Assembly (NCBI GenBank): GCA_965261835.1
Contig: OZ253478.1
Coordinates: 600,832 to 664,831, forward strand
DNA from: Dehalococcoidia bacterium
GTDB taxonomy: Bacteria > Chloroflexota > Dehalococcoidia > SHYD01
Direction: 5' to 3'
Length of the DNA stretch: 64,000 bases
Under the pieces are notes generated by a model. The model was not told the DNA's origin and ran no database searches. It saw nothing but the letters and a program-made list of their open reading frames with translations. Of this stretch, positions 54,724 through 64,000 are shown piece by piece (positions within the stretch are counted from its first letter, which is position 1; each line of letters starts with the position of its first letter). Position numbers and translations under genes: made by a program.

Positions 54724-54752
54724 TTGACAAGTATGCACCGTCTTTCTATCAT
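54724..54752 (+). promoter_or_regulatory. sigma-70-like promoter TTGACA-N17-TATCAT upstream of pyrG
   Basis: Consensus -35 box with a 17-nt spacer, 85 nt upstream of the pyrG ATG. Confidence 0.4.
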
Positions 54753-54837
54753 AGGCGGGTAGTCGAGTGGACTATCCCTCTCAAGAAAGTTTCCCCATGT
54801 ATCTGCATCCAGTCAACGTGTATTATGCGACGGGAGT

Positions 54838-56475
54838 ATGGCGAAGTATATCTTCGTTACCGGCGGCGTAGTTAGTTCCGTCGGCAAAGGAATCACGGTC
54901 GCCTCAATTGGCCGGATTCTCAAGAGCCGAGGCGTTACTGTCTCCCTCCAAAAACTGGACCCCTACCTCAATGTCGACCCCGGTACCATGTCCCCATATC
55001 AGCACGGCGAAGTGTTTGTGACCGAGGACGGCGCCGAGACCGACCTCGATCTCGGTCACTACGAGCGCTTTATTGACATCAATCTCAGCAAAGCCTCCAG
55101 CGTTACCACCGGCCAGATTTATCGCGCCGTCCTTGACCGGGAACGCCGAGGCGACTTCTTAGGCGGCACCATCCAGGTAGTGCCGCATGTCACCAATGAG
55201 ATTAAGAGCCGTATTGTAACCATGGCCCGAGAGAGTGACCCAGAGGTGGTCATTGTTGAGGTAGGCGGCACTGTCGGGGACATTGAAGGACAGCCCTTCC
55301 TGGAAGCCATCCGCCAAATGCGCAATGACGTGGGGCGGGACAACGTTATCTACATGCATGTGACCTATTTGCCCTACATTACGGCAGTCGGCGAACTCAA
55401 GACCAAGCCCACCCAACACAGCGTCCAGGAGTTGCGCCGCATTGGTATTCAGCCCGATGTCATCCTCTGCCGCAGTGAATACCCGCTGGCCGAATCGATC
55501 AAGGAGAAAATCGCCCTGCACTGTGATGTCGAAAGAAGAGCGGTTATCCCGCTCCCCACAGTCCAGACCGTCTATGAAGTGCCGCTGATTCTGGAAGAGG
55601 CAGGCCTGGGAGAACTGGTAGCAGACCGGTTCGGCCTGCCGTCCCAGCTCCCTGAGCTGGCAGACTGGCGCGACATGGTTATCCGGTTGCAGGAGCCCAA
55701 AGCCCAAGTGACCATCGCCATTGTAGGCAAGTACGTGCAGCTCAAGGACGCCTACCTTTCCGTGGTCGAAGCCCTGCGTCACGCCGCGCTCCACCACGAC
55801 CTAGAGCCGGATCTGCGCTGGATCGCCGCGGAGGACCTGGAGCAGGAGGGCACCGAATCACTGCTGAGAAACGTGAAGGGCATTGTGGTTCCCGGAGGCT
55901 TCGGCTATCGCGGACTTGAAGGGATGATCATCGCCGCTCGCTATGCCAGGGAGCACAAGATACCGTACTTGGGGTTGTGCCTTGGCTTTCAGGTCATGGT
56001 CATTGAATTCGCCCGCGCCATCCTGGGCACTAATGAGGCAAACTCTACCGAATTTGATGAAGCGACCCCATATCCGGTCATTGACCTCATGCCGGATCAG
56101 CGCGGCGTTGAGGAGCGCGGCGGCACCATGCGCTTGGGCACCTACCCGTCTGTCATCCGCCCTGGCACCCTGGCTCATCGGGCCTACAGGACAGACCTCA
56201 TCCAGGAGCGGCACCGTCACCGCTTTGAAGTGAATAACAAATACCGCGAGCTGCTAGAACAACACGGGATGCTACTCAGCGGGCTTTCGCCGGACGAAAC
56301 GCTGGTGGAGATGGCTGAGATTGAAGACCATCCCTGGATGCTGGGAACCCAGTCTCACCCGGAGTTCCTATCTCGCCCGACCCGCCCTCATCCATTGTTC
56401 AGAGACTTTATTGCCGCTACCGAGTTCGTCAAGCAGGACGGCGAACAGTTCATCCTTACGGATATCTCCACATGA
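54838..56475 (+). CDS. pyrG: CTP synthase
   Basis: [19 protein letters not shown]...; glutamine amidotransferase C-terminal domain. Confidence 0.97.
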   Translation: MAKYIFVTGGVVSSVGKGITVASIGRILKSRGVTVSLQKLDPYLNVDPGTMSPYQHGEVFVTEDGAETDLDLGHYERFIDINLSKASSVTTGQIYRAVLDRERRGDFLGGTIQVVPHVTNEIKSRIVTMARESDPEVVIVEVGGTVGDIEGQPFLEAIRQMRNDVGRDNVIYMHVTYLPYITAVGELKTKPTQHSVQELRRIGIQPDVILCRSEYPLAESIKEKIALHCDVERRAVIPLPTVQTVYEVPLILEEAGLGELVADRFGLPSQLPELADWRDMVIRLQEPKAQVTIAIVGKYVQLKDAYLSVVEALRHAALHHDLEPDLRWIAAEDLEQEGTESLLRNVKGIVVPGGFGYRGLEGMIIAARYAREHKIPYLGLCLGFQVMVIEFARAILGTNEANSTEFDEATPYPVIDLMPDQRGVEERGGTMRLGTYPSVIRPGTLAHRAYRTDLIQERHRHRFEVNNKYRELLEQHGMLLSGLSPDETLVEMAEIEDHPWMLGTQSHPEFLSRPTRPHPLFRDFIAATEFVKQDGEQFILTDIST

Positions 56476-56900
56476 TGCCTATTCCCCCCACTTCAGACCT
56501 TGTTAGGTGCGCCTAGAGCTGTAGAAAATGTGGTAATGAGGTATGATTGAAATATCAGCACTCGGTTCCCGTTTATGGCTCATGGAAAGGTTGATCTCAG
56601 CGCAGCATCTCTCCTATGCTGAATCGAGAGCCCCTCAACATAGCCACTCGACCCGCTACTTGTAACCGAGTGCCTATATCCACCCTTTCAAATGACTTGC
56701 TCCCCCCACTCCCCCAGAGATAAACGCATCAACCCAAACTACCCTGCATCACACTGTCGATACCACCACTTGAGCGCTACCAAAATCTCCACAGCACCAC
56801 TAGTACGTTAGCTTTGTAGCTTCCTTTACACACTTAAGCTACACACTTAAGCCATGCAGTATAACGCGCATGGAAAGCGCATCGAAAGAAAGAGGAGACC

Positions 56901-56960
56901 ATGACCAGCACCCCAATCCTGCAGTCCTTATCATCACACCTTCTGCACCAGAAGCTGTGA
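56901..56960 (+). other. 19-codon uORF (MTSTPILQSLSSHLLHQKL) with strong SD in the rho leader
   Basis: AAGAGGAG lies 5 nt upstream of the ATG; the ORF ends 17 nt before the annotated rho start. Confidence 0.25.
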
Positions 56961-56976
56961 ATTAAGCAAGTATAAA

Positions 56977-58332
56977 ATGCGCACCCAACGTTCCAATGGC
57001 GGCCACCCCTCCCGGCGCCCTGCCCCGCCAATTACTACGGCGCCTCCCCAACCCTATCCTGACACTTCCACAAGCATTGCTGAGCTAGAGATCAAGACGC
57101 GCGAAGACCTCTTGGAAATTGCAAAGGAGCTTGGTATAACCGGCTCCAGCACCCTCAAGAAGCAAGACCTAATACAGCGTCTGATCCAGGCCGAATCAGA
57201 ACGCCAAGGCCACCTGTTTAGCGGCGGCATTTTGGATCTGGTGGACGATGGTTACGGCTTCCTCCGAGGCGAGGCGCTCCTCCCCGGGCTCAACGATATC
57301 TACGTCTCCCAGTCCCAAGTCCGCCGCTTCGGTCTGCGGACGGGCGATATGGTCACCGGCCAGGTCCGGCCGCCCAAAGAAAGCGAAAAGTATCACGGCC
57401 TGCTCCGGGTCGAAACCGCAAACGGGCTCGACCCGGACGTCGCTCGCCGCCGTCCGTATTTCGAGCGCCTCACCCCCATCTTCCCCGAGGTGATGATCAA
57501 CCTTGAGACCACTTCGGAAAACCTCTCCAACCGTCTGGTCAATCTTATAGCTCCCATCGGCCGGGGGCAGCGCGGGTTGATTGTCTCGCCGCCCAAAGCC
57601 GGCAAGACCTACCTATTGAAGTCCATTGCCAACGGGGTGCGGGAGAACTACACCGACGTCCATCTAATGGTGGTGCTCATTGGCGAGCGGCCGGAAGAAG
57701 TGACCGACATGAAGCGCTCGGTGAAGGGTGAAGTGATAAGCTCCACCTTTGACGAGCCCGTGGAAGACCACGCGCGTGTGGCAGAAATCGCACTGGAACG
57801 AGCCAAGCGCTTGGTGGAGGGCGGCCAGCACGTGATGATTCTGTTGGACAGCATCACCCGCCTTGCCCGTGCCTACAACCTCACCATGCCCCCTAGTGGT
57901 CGCACTCTTTCGGGCGGCATTGACCCCGTGGCGTTGTATCCCCCCAAACGGTTCTTTGGCGCCGCGCGAAATACTGAAGAAGGCGGCAGCCTGACCGTTA
58001 TCGCTACCTGCCTGATTGATACCGGCAGCCGCATGGATGACGTGATCTACGAAGAATTCAAGGGCACGGGCAACATGGAACTGCACCTAGACCGCAAGCT
58101 CGCTGAAAAGCGCATCTATCCCTCGGTCGACATCCAGCGCAGCGGAACCCGAAGAGAAGAATTGCTACTTGACGAGGCTACACTGCATCGTGTATATCTT
58201 TTGCGACGTATGGTTGCCATGATCAACTCAAGCTCTCAGAACCCCACGGAACCCGCAGAACGAGTGCTGGAGCGCATGGCAAAGACCAAGAACAACGCTG
58301 AGTTCCTAGCGACGTTGAACCGAGAAGTCTAG
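56977..58332 (+). CDS. rho: transcription termination factor Rho
   Basis: N-terminal [19 protein letters not shown], the RNA-binding OB domain, and the ATPase P-loop [15 protein letters not shown]. The exact start is uncertain because there is no SD. Confidence 0.9.
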   Translation: MRTQRSNGGHPSRRPAPPITTAPPQPYPDTSTSIAELEIKTREDLLEIAKELGITGSSTLKKQDLIQRLIQAESERQGHLFSGGILDLVDDGYGFLRGEALLPGLNDIYVSQSQVRRFGLRTGDMVTGQVRPPKESEKYHGLLRVETANGLDPDVARRRPYFERLTPIFPEVMINLETTSENLSNRLVNLIAPIGRGQRGLIVSPPKAGKTYLLKSIANGVRENYTDVHLMVVLIGERPEEVTDMKRSVKGEVISSTFDEPVEDHARVAEIALERAKRLVEGGQHVMILLDSITRLARAYNLTMPPSGRTLSGGIDPVALYPPKRFFGAARNTEEGGSLTVIATCLIDTGSRMDDVIYEEFKGTGNMELHLDRKLAEKRIYPSVDIQRSGTRREELLLDEATLHRVYLLRRMVAMINSSSQNPTEPAERVLERMAKTKNNAEFLATLNREV

Positions 58333-58377
58333 CGGGGAAAGCTGCTCTCGGTTCCACGCTGATCGAGGGGGTACTCT

Positions 58378-59670
58378 TTGCGATACAGTTGGAAAGCGGG
58401 CGCAGTACCCGCACCCACTGCAAGCCGTAGGTCACCACGAAAACAGCTCTTGACTAAGAAACGCCCCCCTGTTTCTTCTGTTACACCCCCTGTGCTGCTT
58501 CGCCGCTTCGCCGCTCACGGATTCGTCCTCACTATTGCACTTCTGGCCATTGCCGCAAGTAGCTTAGGTATCGCGCCCTTCAACGCCACCACTCCGGAGT
58601 CCCCTTTCAATCCGACCGAGTGGCCTCAGTCGGTTTCCTCCGCACCGCTGCACCAAGACCGGCAATATATGATCAAGGCGGCAGTGCCTGTTACGGAATC
58701 ATCTGTCGATGCCCTCGATACTGCATCAACCCCAACCGAACCCCAACCCCCAACGCAGGCGCAAGCGCAATCCCCAACGCAAGCGCAAGCGCAATCCCCA
58801 ACGCAAGCGCAAGCGCAACCCCCAAACCAACCCCAAGCGAAACCACCAACCCTGACTTCCGATGCCGATGCCGATGATGCAGATGTCGAGTCCTCTCCCA
58901 CCACGCCAGCAAGGCTTACCTCCACCAACCGCGGCATCGTTGACTACAAGGTCAAAACTGGCGACACCCTCTCCGGGATAGCCACCCAGTTCGATATCAC
59001 TACGGCGACGGTAGCGTGGGCCAATGACATCTACAACCCCGACCACCTCGTACCGGGCGACACTTTGCGCATTCCGCCCACGTCTGGCGCACTGCACAAG
59101 GTCGGAGCAGGCGAGACGCTCACTTACATCGCCCGGCGCTACCAAGTAGACGTGGAAGACATTATCACCCACCCACTCAACAGCTTCGTCGATCCCGATT
59201 CCCTCAGCCTCGGGAAGGAAATTATGATCCCTGGTGGTGTGACGCCCGCGGCCATTCCCGCGCCAGGCTCGGTCGCGCGTTCGGGAGCGGCGCCAGTGCC
59301 TCCCCATGACGGCCGCTCTCTACACTGGCCTACCCGCGGCCCGATTATGAGCTGGTTCACCGGCTACCACCGCGGTCTTGACATCTCACCCGCGTACGGA
59401 ACACCGGTCTATGCCGCCGAAAGGGGCAGAGTGGTCTTGGTGCGATACCTGAGGTATGGTTATGGCTACTATCTCATCATTGACCACGGGGATGGCTATC
59501 GCACCCTCTACGCCCACATGTCGTCGATATACGTGAGACCCGGCTCAACTGTGTACCGAGGCCAGAATATCGGTCAAGTCGGGAGCACGGGACGAAGCAC
59601 AGGCCCCCACCTGCACTTCGAGGTACACGCCTACGGCCGGGCTGTTGACCCCTACCGCTTCCTGCCTTGA
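58378..59670 (+). CDS. LysM-domain M23 family peptidase with Q/A/P-rich repeat linker
   Basis: Two LysM domains (YKVKTGDTLSGIA, HKVGAGETLTYIA) and an M23 domain (HRGLDISPAYGTPV...HLHFEV). Confidence 0.85.
   Translation: MRYSWKAGAVPAPTASRRSPRKQLLTKKRPPVSSVTPPVLLRRFAAHGFVLTIALLAIAASSLGIAPFNATTPESPFNPTEWPQSVSSAPLHQDRQYMIKAAVPVTESSVDALDTASTPTEPQPPTQAQAQSPTQAQAQSPTQAQAQPPNQPQAKPPTLTSDADADDADVESSPTTPARLTSTNRGIVDYKVKTGDTLSGIATQFDITTATVAWANDIYNPDHLVPGDTLRIPPTSGALHKVGAGETLTYIARRYQVDVEDIITHPLNSFVDPDSLSLGKEIMIPGGVTPAAIPAPGSVARSGAAPVPPHDGRSLHWPTRGPIMSWFTGYHRGLDISPAYGTPVYAAERGRVVLVRYLRYGYGYYLIIDHGDGYRTLYAHMSSIYVRPGSTVYRGQNIGQVGSTGRSTGPHLHFEVHAYGRAVDPYRFLP
58748..58822. repeat. tandem 24-bp repeat (3 copies) encoding PTQAQAQS
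   Basis: ccaacgcaagcgcaagcgcaatcc repeated within the M23 peptidase linker. Confidence 0.6.
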
Positions 59671-59798
59671 TAAGCAGGCGCTAACCAGGCAAAGGCCAGG
59701 CCCCCACAATTGTGGGGGCCGCTTCATTACTCATGCAGTCATGCGCCCATGTTATGCGTCCATGCCGCTCTTGCCCAACTCCCCTACCCGCTACCCGT

Positions 59799-60437
59799 TT
59801 ACCCTCTGCGCCGCTCCAACACCACCACCTGCCTGTCTTGGGGCAAGGTTGACCGCGTCACCGATAACCGCTGCACCGGCGCAATTTCCGGCGCCCCGAG
59901 CTCCCGCAAGAATCGCTCCAGCGGTTCGAGATCGGCACGGAGTTGCTCGTCCTGGTAATGCATCGGAATGACCACCCTGGGATCGATCAGGCTGATGGTC
60001 TCCACCGCCTTCGAGGCATTGATCGTCGACCCGCCGCCCACGGGAATAAGCAACACGTCCACGTTACCCAGCGCCTCCAGCACGTCGGCCGATGGCACGT
60101 CTCCCAGATCCCCCAGGTGGCACACCGACATCCCCTCTAGCTCCATCACGTATACGGTGTTTTTTCCCCGCTCTGCGCCCCGCATCGCATCGTGAAACGT
60201 GGTCAGACCGAGTATGAGCACTTCCTTGCTCTCGTACTCACCAGGCCCCCTCACCACGAGTGGCGCCCCGGACACGGCTGCCGCGTTCGAGTGCCCGGCG
60301 TGCGGGTGGCTAACGGTGACGATGTCCGCCGGCAGCTGATTCGGAAGCCCCCACTCTTTCGCCGGGGGGTCGGTTATGACTATGGCGTCTCTGCTCCTAA
60401 TCCTGAAGCAGGAGTGACCTAACCACGTGATATCCAT
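59799..60437 (-). CDS. MBL-fold metallo-hydrolase
   Basis: MDITWLGHSCFRIRS...; HxHxDH-like motif SHPHAGH. Confidence 0.8.
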   Translation of the reverse strand: MDITWLGHSCFRIRSRDAIVITDPPAKEWGLPNQLPADIVTVSHPHAGHSNAAAVSGAPLVVRGPGEYESKEVLILGLTTFHDAMRGAERGKNTVYVMELEGMSVCHLGDLGDVPSADVLEALGNVDVLLIPVGGGSTINASKAVETISLIDPRVVIPMHYQDEQLRADLEPLERFLRELGAPEIAPVQRLSVTRSTLPQDRQVVVLERRRG

Positions 60438-60468
60438 GGTCGTTTGAAGTCCTTAAGCTACGGGATAA

Positions 60469-61053
60469 TTAGCGTTCGTTTGGACCGCGCTCTCGCCGAT
60501 TGACCACTGCCCACGCCGTGGGCAGCGCTGCTGCCGCCAAGAGCAATTTAATGGTATCGCCCGGAATGAATGGGAGTAAACCGGCGGTGAGCACCTGATC
60601 CGCGCCCACAAATGGTGCTAGCCACAGAAGACCGGGAATGTAGAGCACTACACTGCCCACAAACATTGCCCCTACGCTACGGGGGAAACTGCGGTCCCAC
60701 CCCCGTTCTGCCAGCCAGCCCACCACAAAGGCCGCCAGCACGAAGCCGGCAATGTAGCCATAAGTAGCCGGTCCGCCGGTGCGCGCAAACACCGGGAGTC
60801 CCACCGCGCCAAGGCCCACGTAGCTGAGCAGACTCGCTGAACCGCGTACGCTCCCCAGCGCAGCCCCGGCAAGCAGCACGCCGAACGTCTGGCCCGTGAT
60901 CGGCACCGGTGTAAAGGGAAGCTGGATGGAAACTTGCGCGGTCAGGGCCACGATTAAGCTGAACCCCAGCACCATGAGAATATCTCGCAGTATCCCGGAT
61001 CCGGGCAGAACGGTTTGAACAAAGGTAGGACGCGCAACTGCACTTAGGTGCAT
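60469..61053 (-). CDS. bioY: biotin transporter BioY (ECF S-component)
   Basis: 6-TM, 194 aa, BioY family signature region. Confidence 0.75.
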   Translation of the reverse strand: MHLSAVARPTFVQTVLPGSGILRDILMVLGFSLIVALTAQVSIQLPFTPVPITGQTFGVLLAGAALGSVRGSASLLSYVGLGAVGLPVFARTGGPATYGYIAGFVLAAFVVGWLAERGWDRSFPRSVGAMFVGSVVLYIPGLLWLAPFVGADQVLTAGLLPFIPGDTIKLLLAAAALPTAWAVVNRRERGPNER

Positions 61054-61114
61054 GGAGGTATCTCCTGCGATGGACTACTGAGGTTCAGGGAAAATAGCGG
61101 TGTTCGCGAGGCAG

Positions 61115-62095
61115 TTATGGACGCCACTCCATGACCATGGCCGCCCATGAGATGCCTGCGCCGGCGGCGCACAGCGCCACCACGTCGCCCTCATGCAACC
61201 GGCCGCTCTCGGCCGCCTCGCACAGTGCGATAGGAATAGAGGCGCCCGCGGTGTTCCCGTAGCGGTCCACGTTCACGAACACCTTTTCCTCCGGCACCCC
61301 CAGCGACTCGCTGACGCTACGCATGATACGGAGATTGGCCTGGTGCGGAATGAACAGATCGATAGCGTCTGCCGTGATGCCCGCCATGTCCAGGGCCTGC
61401 CGGGTGGAATCGGTCATCACCCGCACCCCCGTCTTAAACACTTGGGCCCCGTTCATCACCAGAAAACTGCCGCCCGCAGCAGTCTCGTCCAAGGGACTCG
61501 CGGATATGCCGGGCGTGTACACGTAGTCGGTCCCGCAGTGATCGTTCCCCATCACCGCACTGAGAATACCGCCCGGCTCGCTCGACGCCTGGACCACCGC
61601 CGCGCCCGCACCGTCGCCAAAGAGCACGCACGTTGAGCGGTCCTGCCAGTTCAGGAGGCGGGAATAAACGTCCGCCCCCACTACCAACACCTTCTGATAG
61701 ACACCGCCGCTAATGAATTGCTGCGCCGTGTAGAGACCGTACAGAAAGCCGCTGCACGCCGCGTTGAGATCGAAAGCGCCTACTGTGCGCATCCCCAGCC
61801 CGCGCTGAATCAGGGCTGCAGTGCTAGGGAAGATTCGTTCCGGGCTGGAGTTCGCCGTGATAATGAGGTCAATGTCTGTTGGGTTGAGCCCGGCAACGTC
61901 AAGCGCTTGCCGGGAAGCCTCGAGCCCAAGGGTAGAAGGAGTCTCCTCATCGGAGGCAATTCGCCGCGCGCGAATGCCGGTGCGGGTTGTAATCCATTCG
62001 TCCGAAGTCGGAAGAGTTTTCGAGAGCTCGTCGTTGTCGACAAGCTGCCTGGGCAGGGCTTTACCCCAGCCGGTAACCCGCGCGAATTGCCTCAT
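61115..62095 (-). CDS. fabH: 3-oxoacyl-ACP synthase III
   Basis: Active-site NAACSGFLYGL, plus the His and Asn of the catalytic triad region. Confidence 0.9.
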   Translation of the reverse strand: MRQFARVTGWGKALPRQLVDNDELSKTLPTSDEWITTRTGIRARRIASDEETPSTLGLEASRQALDVAGLNPTDIDLIITANSSPERIFPSTAALIQRGLGMRTVGAFDLNAACSGFLYGLYTAQQFISGGVYQKVLVVGADVYSRLLNWQDRSTCVLFGDGAGAAVVQASSEPGGILSAVMGNDHCGTDYVYTPGISASPLDETAAGGSFLVMNGAQVFKTGVRVMTDSTRQALDMAGITADAIDLFIPHQANLRIMRSVSESLGVPEEKVFVNVDRYGNTAGASIPIALCEAAESGRLHEGDVVALCAAGAGISWAAMVMEWRP

Positions 62096-62131
62096 CTACC
62101 GTCTCCTGTCGTTGCGATCTGCCCTTTGCGC

Positions 62132-62482
62132 TTAATTGCCCTGCACCGTACGCAGCGTGGTAATACCATGGGAAAGCAACGAGGTCCCTAGCCTGTTTCG
62201 CAACATGATGAGCGCAATACCACCCCCCGCCACCGAGAGCGCCGCTATACCCACACCGATCGCCGCTCGCTTCACTAACGCCGCCCGGATTCCTGCCGTG
62301 GCCGGAGTGTCCTGCAACCGCTGCGCCTCCACCACCAGCCGCTGGTGTAGGGCCTGCCGGAACGCCGAGTCCGGGGTTACTTCGGGGTACGCCAGCCGCA
62401 CCCTCGCCCCCAGCCCCCGCAATTCAGCGGGCATATCCGGCCATTCCTGGCTCCGGTGGTTATTATTTATTTCGTCTTCCAT
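62132..62482 (-). CDS. putative anti-sigma factor (single TM) cognate to upstream ECF sigma
   Basis: 116 aa with a TM segment. Overlaps the stop of the ECF sigma gene by 20 nt. Confidence 0.4.
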   Translation of the reverse strand: MEDEINNNHRSQEWPDMPAELRGLGARVRLAYPEVTPDSAFRQALHQRLVVEAQRLQDTPATAGIRAALVKRAAIGVGIAALSVAGGGIALIMLRNRLGTSLLSHGITTLRTVQGN

Positions 62483-63065
62483 CGAGGCCTCCCTTGAGCT
62501 CCTCTCGTAGCTCCTCTCGTAATGTCCGCAACGTCCTGTGTAGCAGGGCTTTCACCGCCCCCTCGCTTCGCCCCATGATCTGCCCGATCTCGGCATGAGG
62601 GCGCTCTTCCACAAATTTGAGGAGGAGCAACTGCTGGCGGTCCGGCGGGAGCGTTGCCACCGCTTTGCGCACCAACATGGCTTCCTCAACCTGTTCCAGC
62701 GGCGCGTCCTGCCGGGCAACCGCTCTCGCTTCATCTATGGGGGACGTCTTGTGCCGCTGACGGTCCCTGTACCAGTTTGCCACTGTATTATGGGCGATAC
62801 GGTAGAGCCATACGGAAAAGGGCAAGCCCCGGTAGGCATAACTCTGCAAGTGCGTCAGCGCCTGCATAAACACCCGTTCGGTCAGGTCTTCCGCCTCGCC
62901 CGTGTCCCCCGTACGGTGGTAGATGTAGCTATAGATCTGGCCAAGGTAGCGCTGATAGAGGTCCCCAAAAGCCTCAGGGTCCGCTTTCGCCCGCTCTACC
63001 AGTGCCTGGTCATCATCAGCCACGCCACTACCGTCATGCGCCGTGGGCGTCATCATTAGTAACAC
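62463..63065 (-). CDS. ECF-type RNA polymerase sigma-70 factor
   Basis: Region 2 (YLGQIYSYIYHRTGDTGEAEDLTERVF) and region 4 (AEIGQIMGRSEGAVKALLHRTLRTLRE). Confidence 0.85.
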   Translation of the reverse strand: MLLMMTPTAHDGSGVADDDQALVERAKADPEAFGDLYQRYLGQIYSYIYHRTGDTGEAEDLTERVFMQALTHLQSYAYRGLPFSVWLYRIAHNTVANWYRDRQRHKTSPIDEARAVARQDAPLEQVEEAMLVRKAVATLPPDRQQLLLLKFVEERPHAEIGQIMGRSEGAVKALLHRTLRTLREELREELKGGLDGRRNK

Positions 63066-63125
63066 CCTCAGAGGACAATAAGATACGCGGTAGTATACTA
63101 GAGCTACTCAGCTACAGACAATCAC

Positions 63126-63154
63126 TTGACGCCCGTACTGAGGACGTGTAACAT
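63126..63154 (+). promoter_or_regulatory. sigma-70-like promoter TTGACG-N17-TAACAT for hrcA
   Basis: Immediately upstream of the CIRCE element. Confidence 0.45.
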
Positions 63155-63163
63155 TGAAGTAAA

Positions 63164-63190
63164 TTAGCACTCCCTGCATGAGAGTGCTAA
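63164..63190 (+). promoter_or_regulatory. CIRCE operator (TTAGCACTC-N9-GAGTGCTAA)
   Basis: Perfect match to the HrcA-binding CIRCE consensus, 19 nt upstream of the hrcA start. Confidence 0.85.
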
Positions 63191-63208
63191 TTGGATTGCG
63201 GAGGCGAG

Positions 63209-64000
63209 GTGTTCCCAACGAAAACCTTTGACCTACTGACCGCTAGGCGGGGAGCTATTCTCCGCATTGTCGTGCGTGATTACGTTGAGAAGGCCAGCCC
63301 GGTTGGATCGGAGCACATCGCAAAGATCCATCCCATGGGCGTCAGCTCTGCCACCATCCGCAACGAAATGGCGGTGCTTGAAGAAGACGGCTTCATCACG
63401 CATCCCCACACCTCAGCGGGGCGGATCCCCTCCGACAGGGGCTATCGGTACTTCGTTGAAGCCCTTATGGAGCAGTCCGACCTCCCAGGGCCGGTACGCC
63501 GCGGCGTCCGCCAGCAAATGTCTGCCGGAGAAACCGAAGCCGAAAGCTGGAATGAGCTAGCCCTCAATTTGCTCGCCCAACTGGCCCACGCCGTCGCTCT
63601 GATCACGTTACCTCGCGCCCCTGCCGCCCGCTTCAAGCACCTGGAATTGGTGGCGCTCCAAGACTATGTCATGCTGGCCGTGCTGGTACTCCAGGAAGCG
63701 CGTATTAAGCAGCAGATCATGCGCATTGATGAAGCGCTGCAGCAGGACGAACTTTCAGCGCTGGCTAACCGCTTGAATGCCACGCTCAGCGGGCTGACCA
63801 CAAGCCAGGTCGCGCAGCAGATACCGTCCAACTCACCAGCCGCGGCAACGGTTGAAGACAATGTGCTGCGCTTGGTTCACCGGCTCATGGAGCAAGAAGA
63901 GCAGCAGCATCCGGAGGCCATTCAACTCGGCGGCCTGCGGAACCTCCTTGGCCAGCCGGAGTTCGCATCCAGCGATCGCCTAGCGAACCTCATGGAATTG
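63209..64000 (+). CDS. hrcA: heat-inducible transcription repressor HrcA (C-terminus beyond window end)
   Basis: GTG start after GGAGG. HTH region SEHIAKIHPMGVSSATIRNEMAVLEEDGFITHPHTSAGRIPSDRGYRYFVE. Confidence 0.85.
   Translation, partial: MFPTKTFDLLTARRGAILRIVVRDYVEKASPVGSEHIAKIHPMGVSSATIRNEMAVLEEDGFITHPHTSAGRIPSDRGYRYFVEALMEQSDLPGPVRRGVRQQMSAGETEAESWNELALNLLAQLAHAVALITLPRAPAARFKHLELVALQDYVMLAVLVLQEARIKQQIMRIDEALQQDELSALANRLNATLSGLTTSQVAQQIPSNSPAAATVEDNVLRLVHRLMEQEEQQHPEAIQLGGLRNLLGQPEFASSDRLANLMEL

Noticed and set aside
62096-62131. ECF-type -35/-10 (GGAAC...GTC) upstream of the ECF sigma gene.
   Set aside because: No convincing GGAAC motif was found in 63066-63125.

Overview
High-GC (~65%) bacterial chromosomal window, mostly core metabolism and housekeeping genes, with Firmicutes/Chloroflexi-like gene order.

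Main contents, left to right:
- **1-4244:** two aldo/keto-reductase (AKR) paralogs flanking an acyl-CoA synthetase and a 2-hydroxyacid dehydrogenase.
- **4570-6312:** prepilin peptidase, VKOR and DsbA disulfide-bond cluster.
- **7116-9941:** valS.
- **10759-19588:** a long minus-strand metabolic cluster. It holds two tandem gentisate-1,2-dioxygenase-like bicupins, a class I fumarate-hydratase-like Fe-S hydro-lyase whose beta and alpha genes are separated by a DUF35/thiolase pair, mdh, and monomeric icd.
- **20041-24302:** a degenerate YacL-like gene, then ispD, ispF, cysE, cysS.
- **24449-24664:** tRNA-Thr(UGU) and tRNA-Tyr.
- **24665-28348:** a ~3.7 kb junction region with a lipoprotein, a degenerate second tRNA-Tyr copy, a third AKR, a lower-GC hypothetical gene plus a DUF3800-like fragment, and a small basic protein.
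- **28349-33077:** rplL, rplJ, rplA, rplK, nusG, secE, rpmG, tuf and tRNA-Thr(GGU), all on the minus strand. This orientation is opposite to the usual tRNA-Thr-Tyr-...-tuf-...-rplL layout, so I infer an inversion breakpoint at the tRNA-Tyr site.
- **33373-44873:** a secreted CAP-domain protein (frameshifted in a TP-rich repeat), a Tat-lipoprotein substrate-binding protein with (APAQPA)n repeats, LarA-family protein, LysR regulator, a CitE-like lyase/acyl-CoA dehydrogenase/thiolase operon, a GH15 hydrolase, and ferredoxin.
- **44938-48138:** znuBCA and zur with two near-identical palindromic Zur boxes.
- **48277-56475:** ispH, amt, a hypothetical protein, LLM oxidoreductase, a methyltransferase and PIG-L deacetylase pair, pyrG.
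- **56901-64000:** a small uORF, rho, a LysM-M23 peptidase, MBL hydrolase, bioY, fabH, an ECF sigma with a candidate anti-sigma, and hrcA (runs off the window end) preceded by a perfect CIRCE element.

No CRISPR array, integrase or transposase was seen. Many track ORFs are antisense mirror-frame artifacts of the high GC content.
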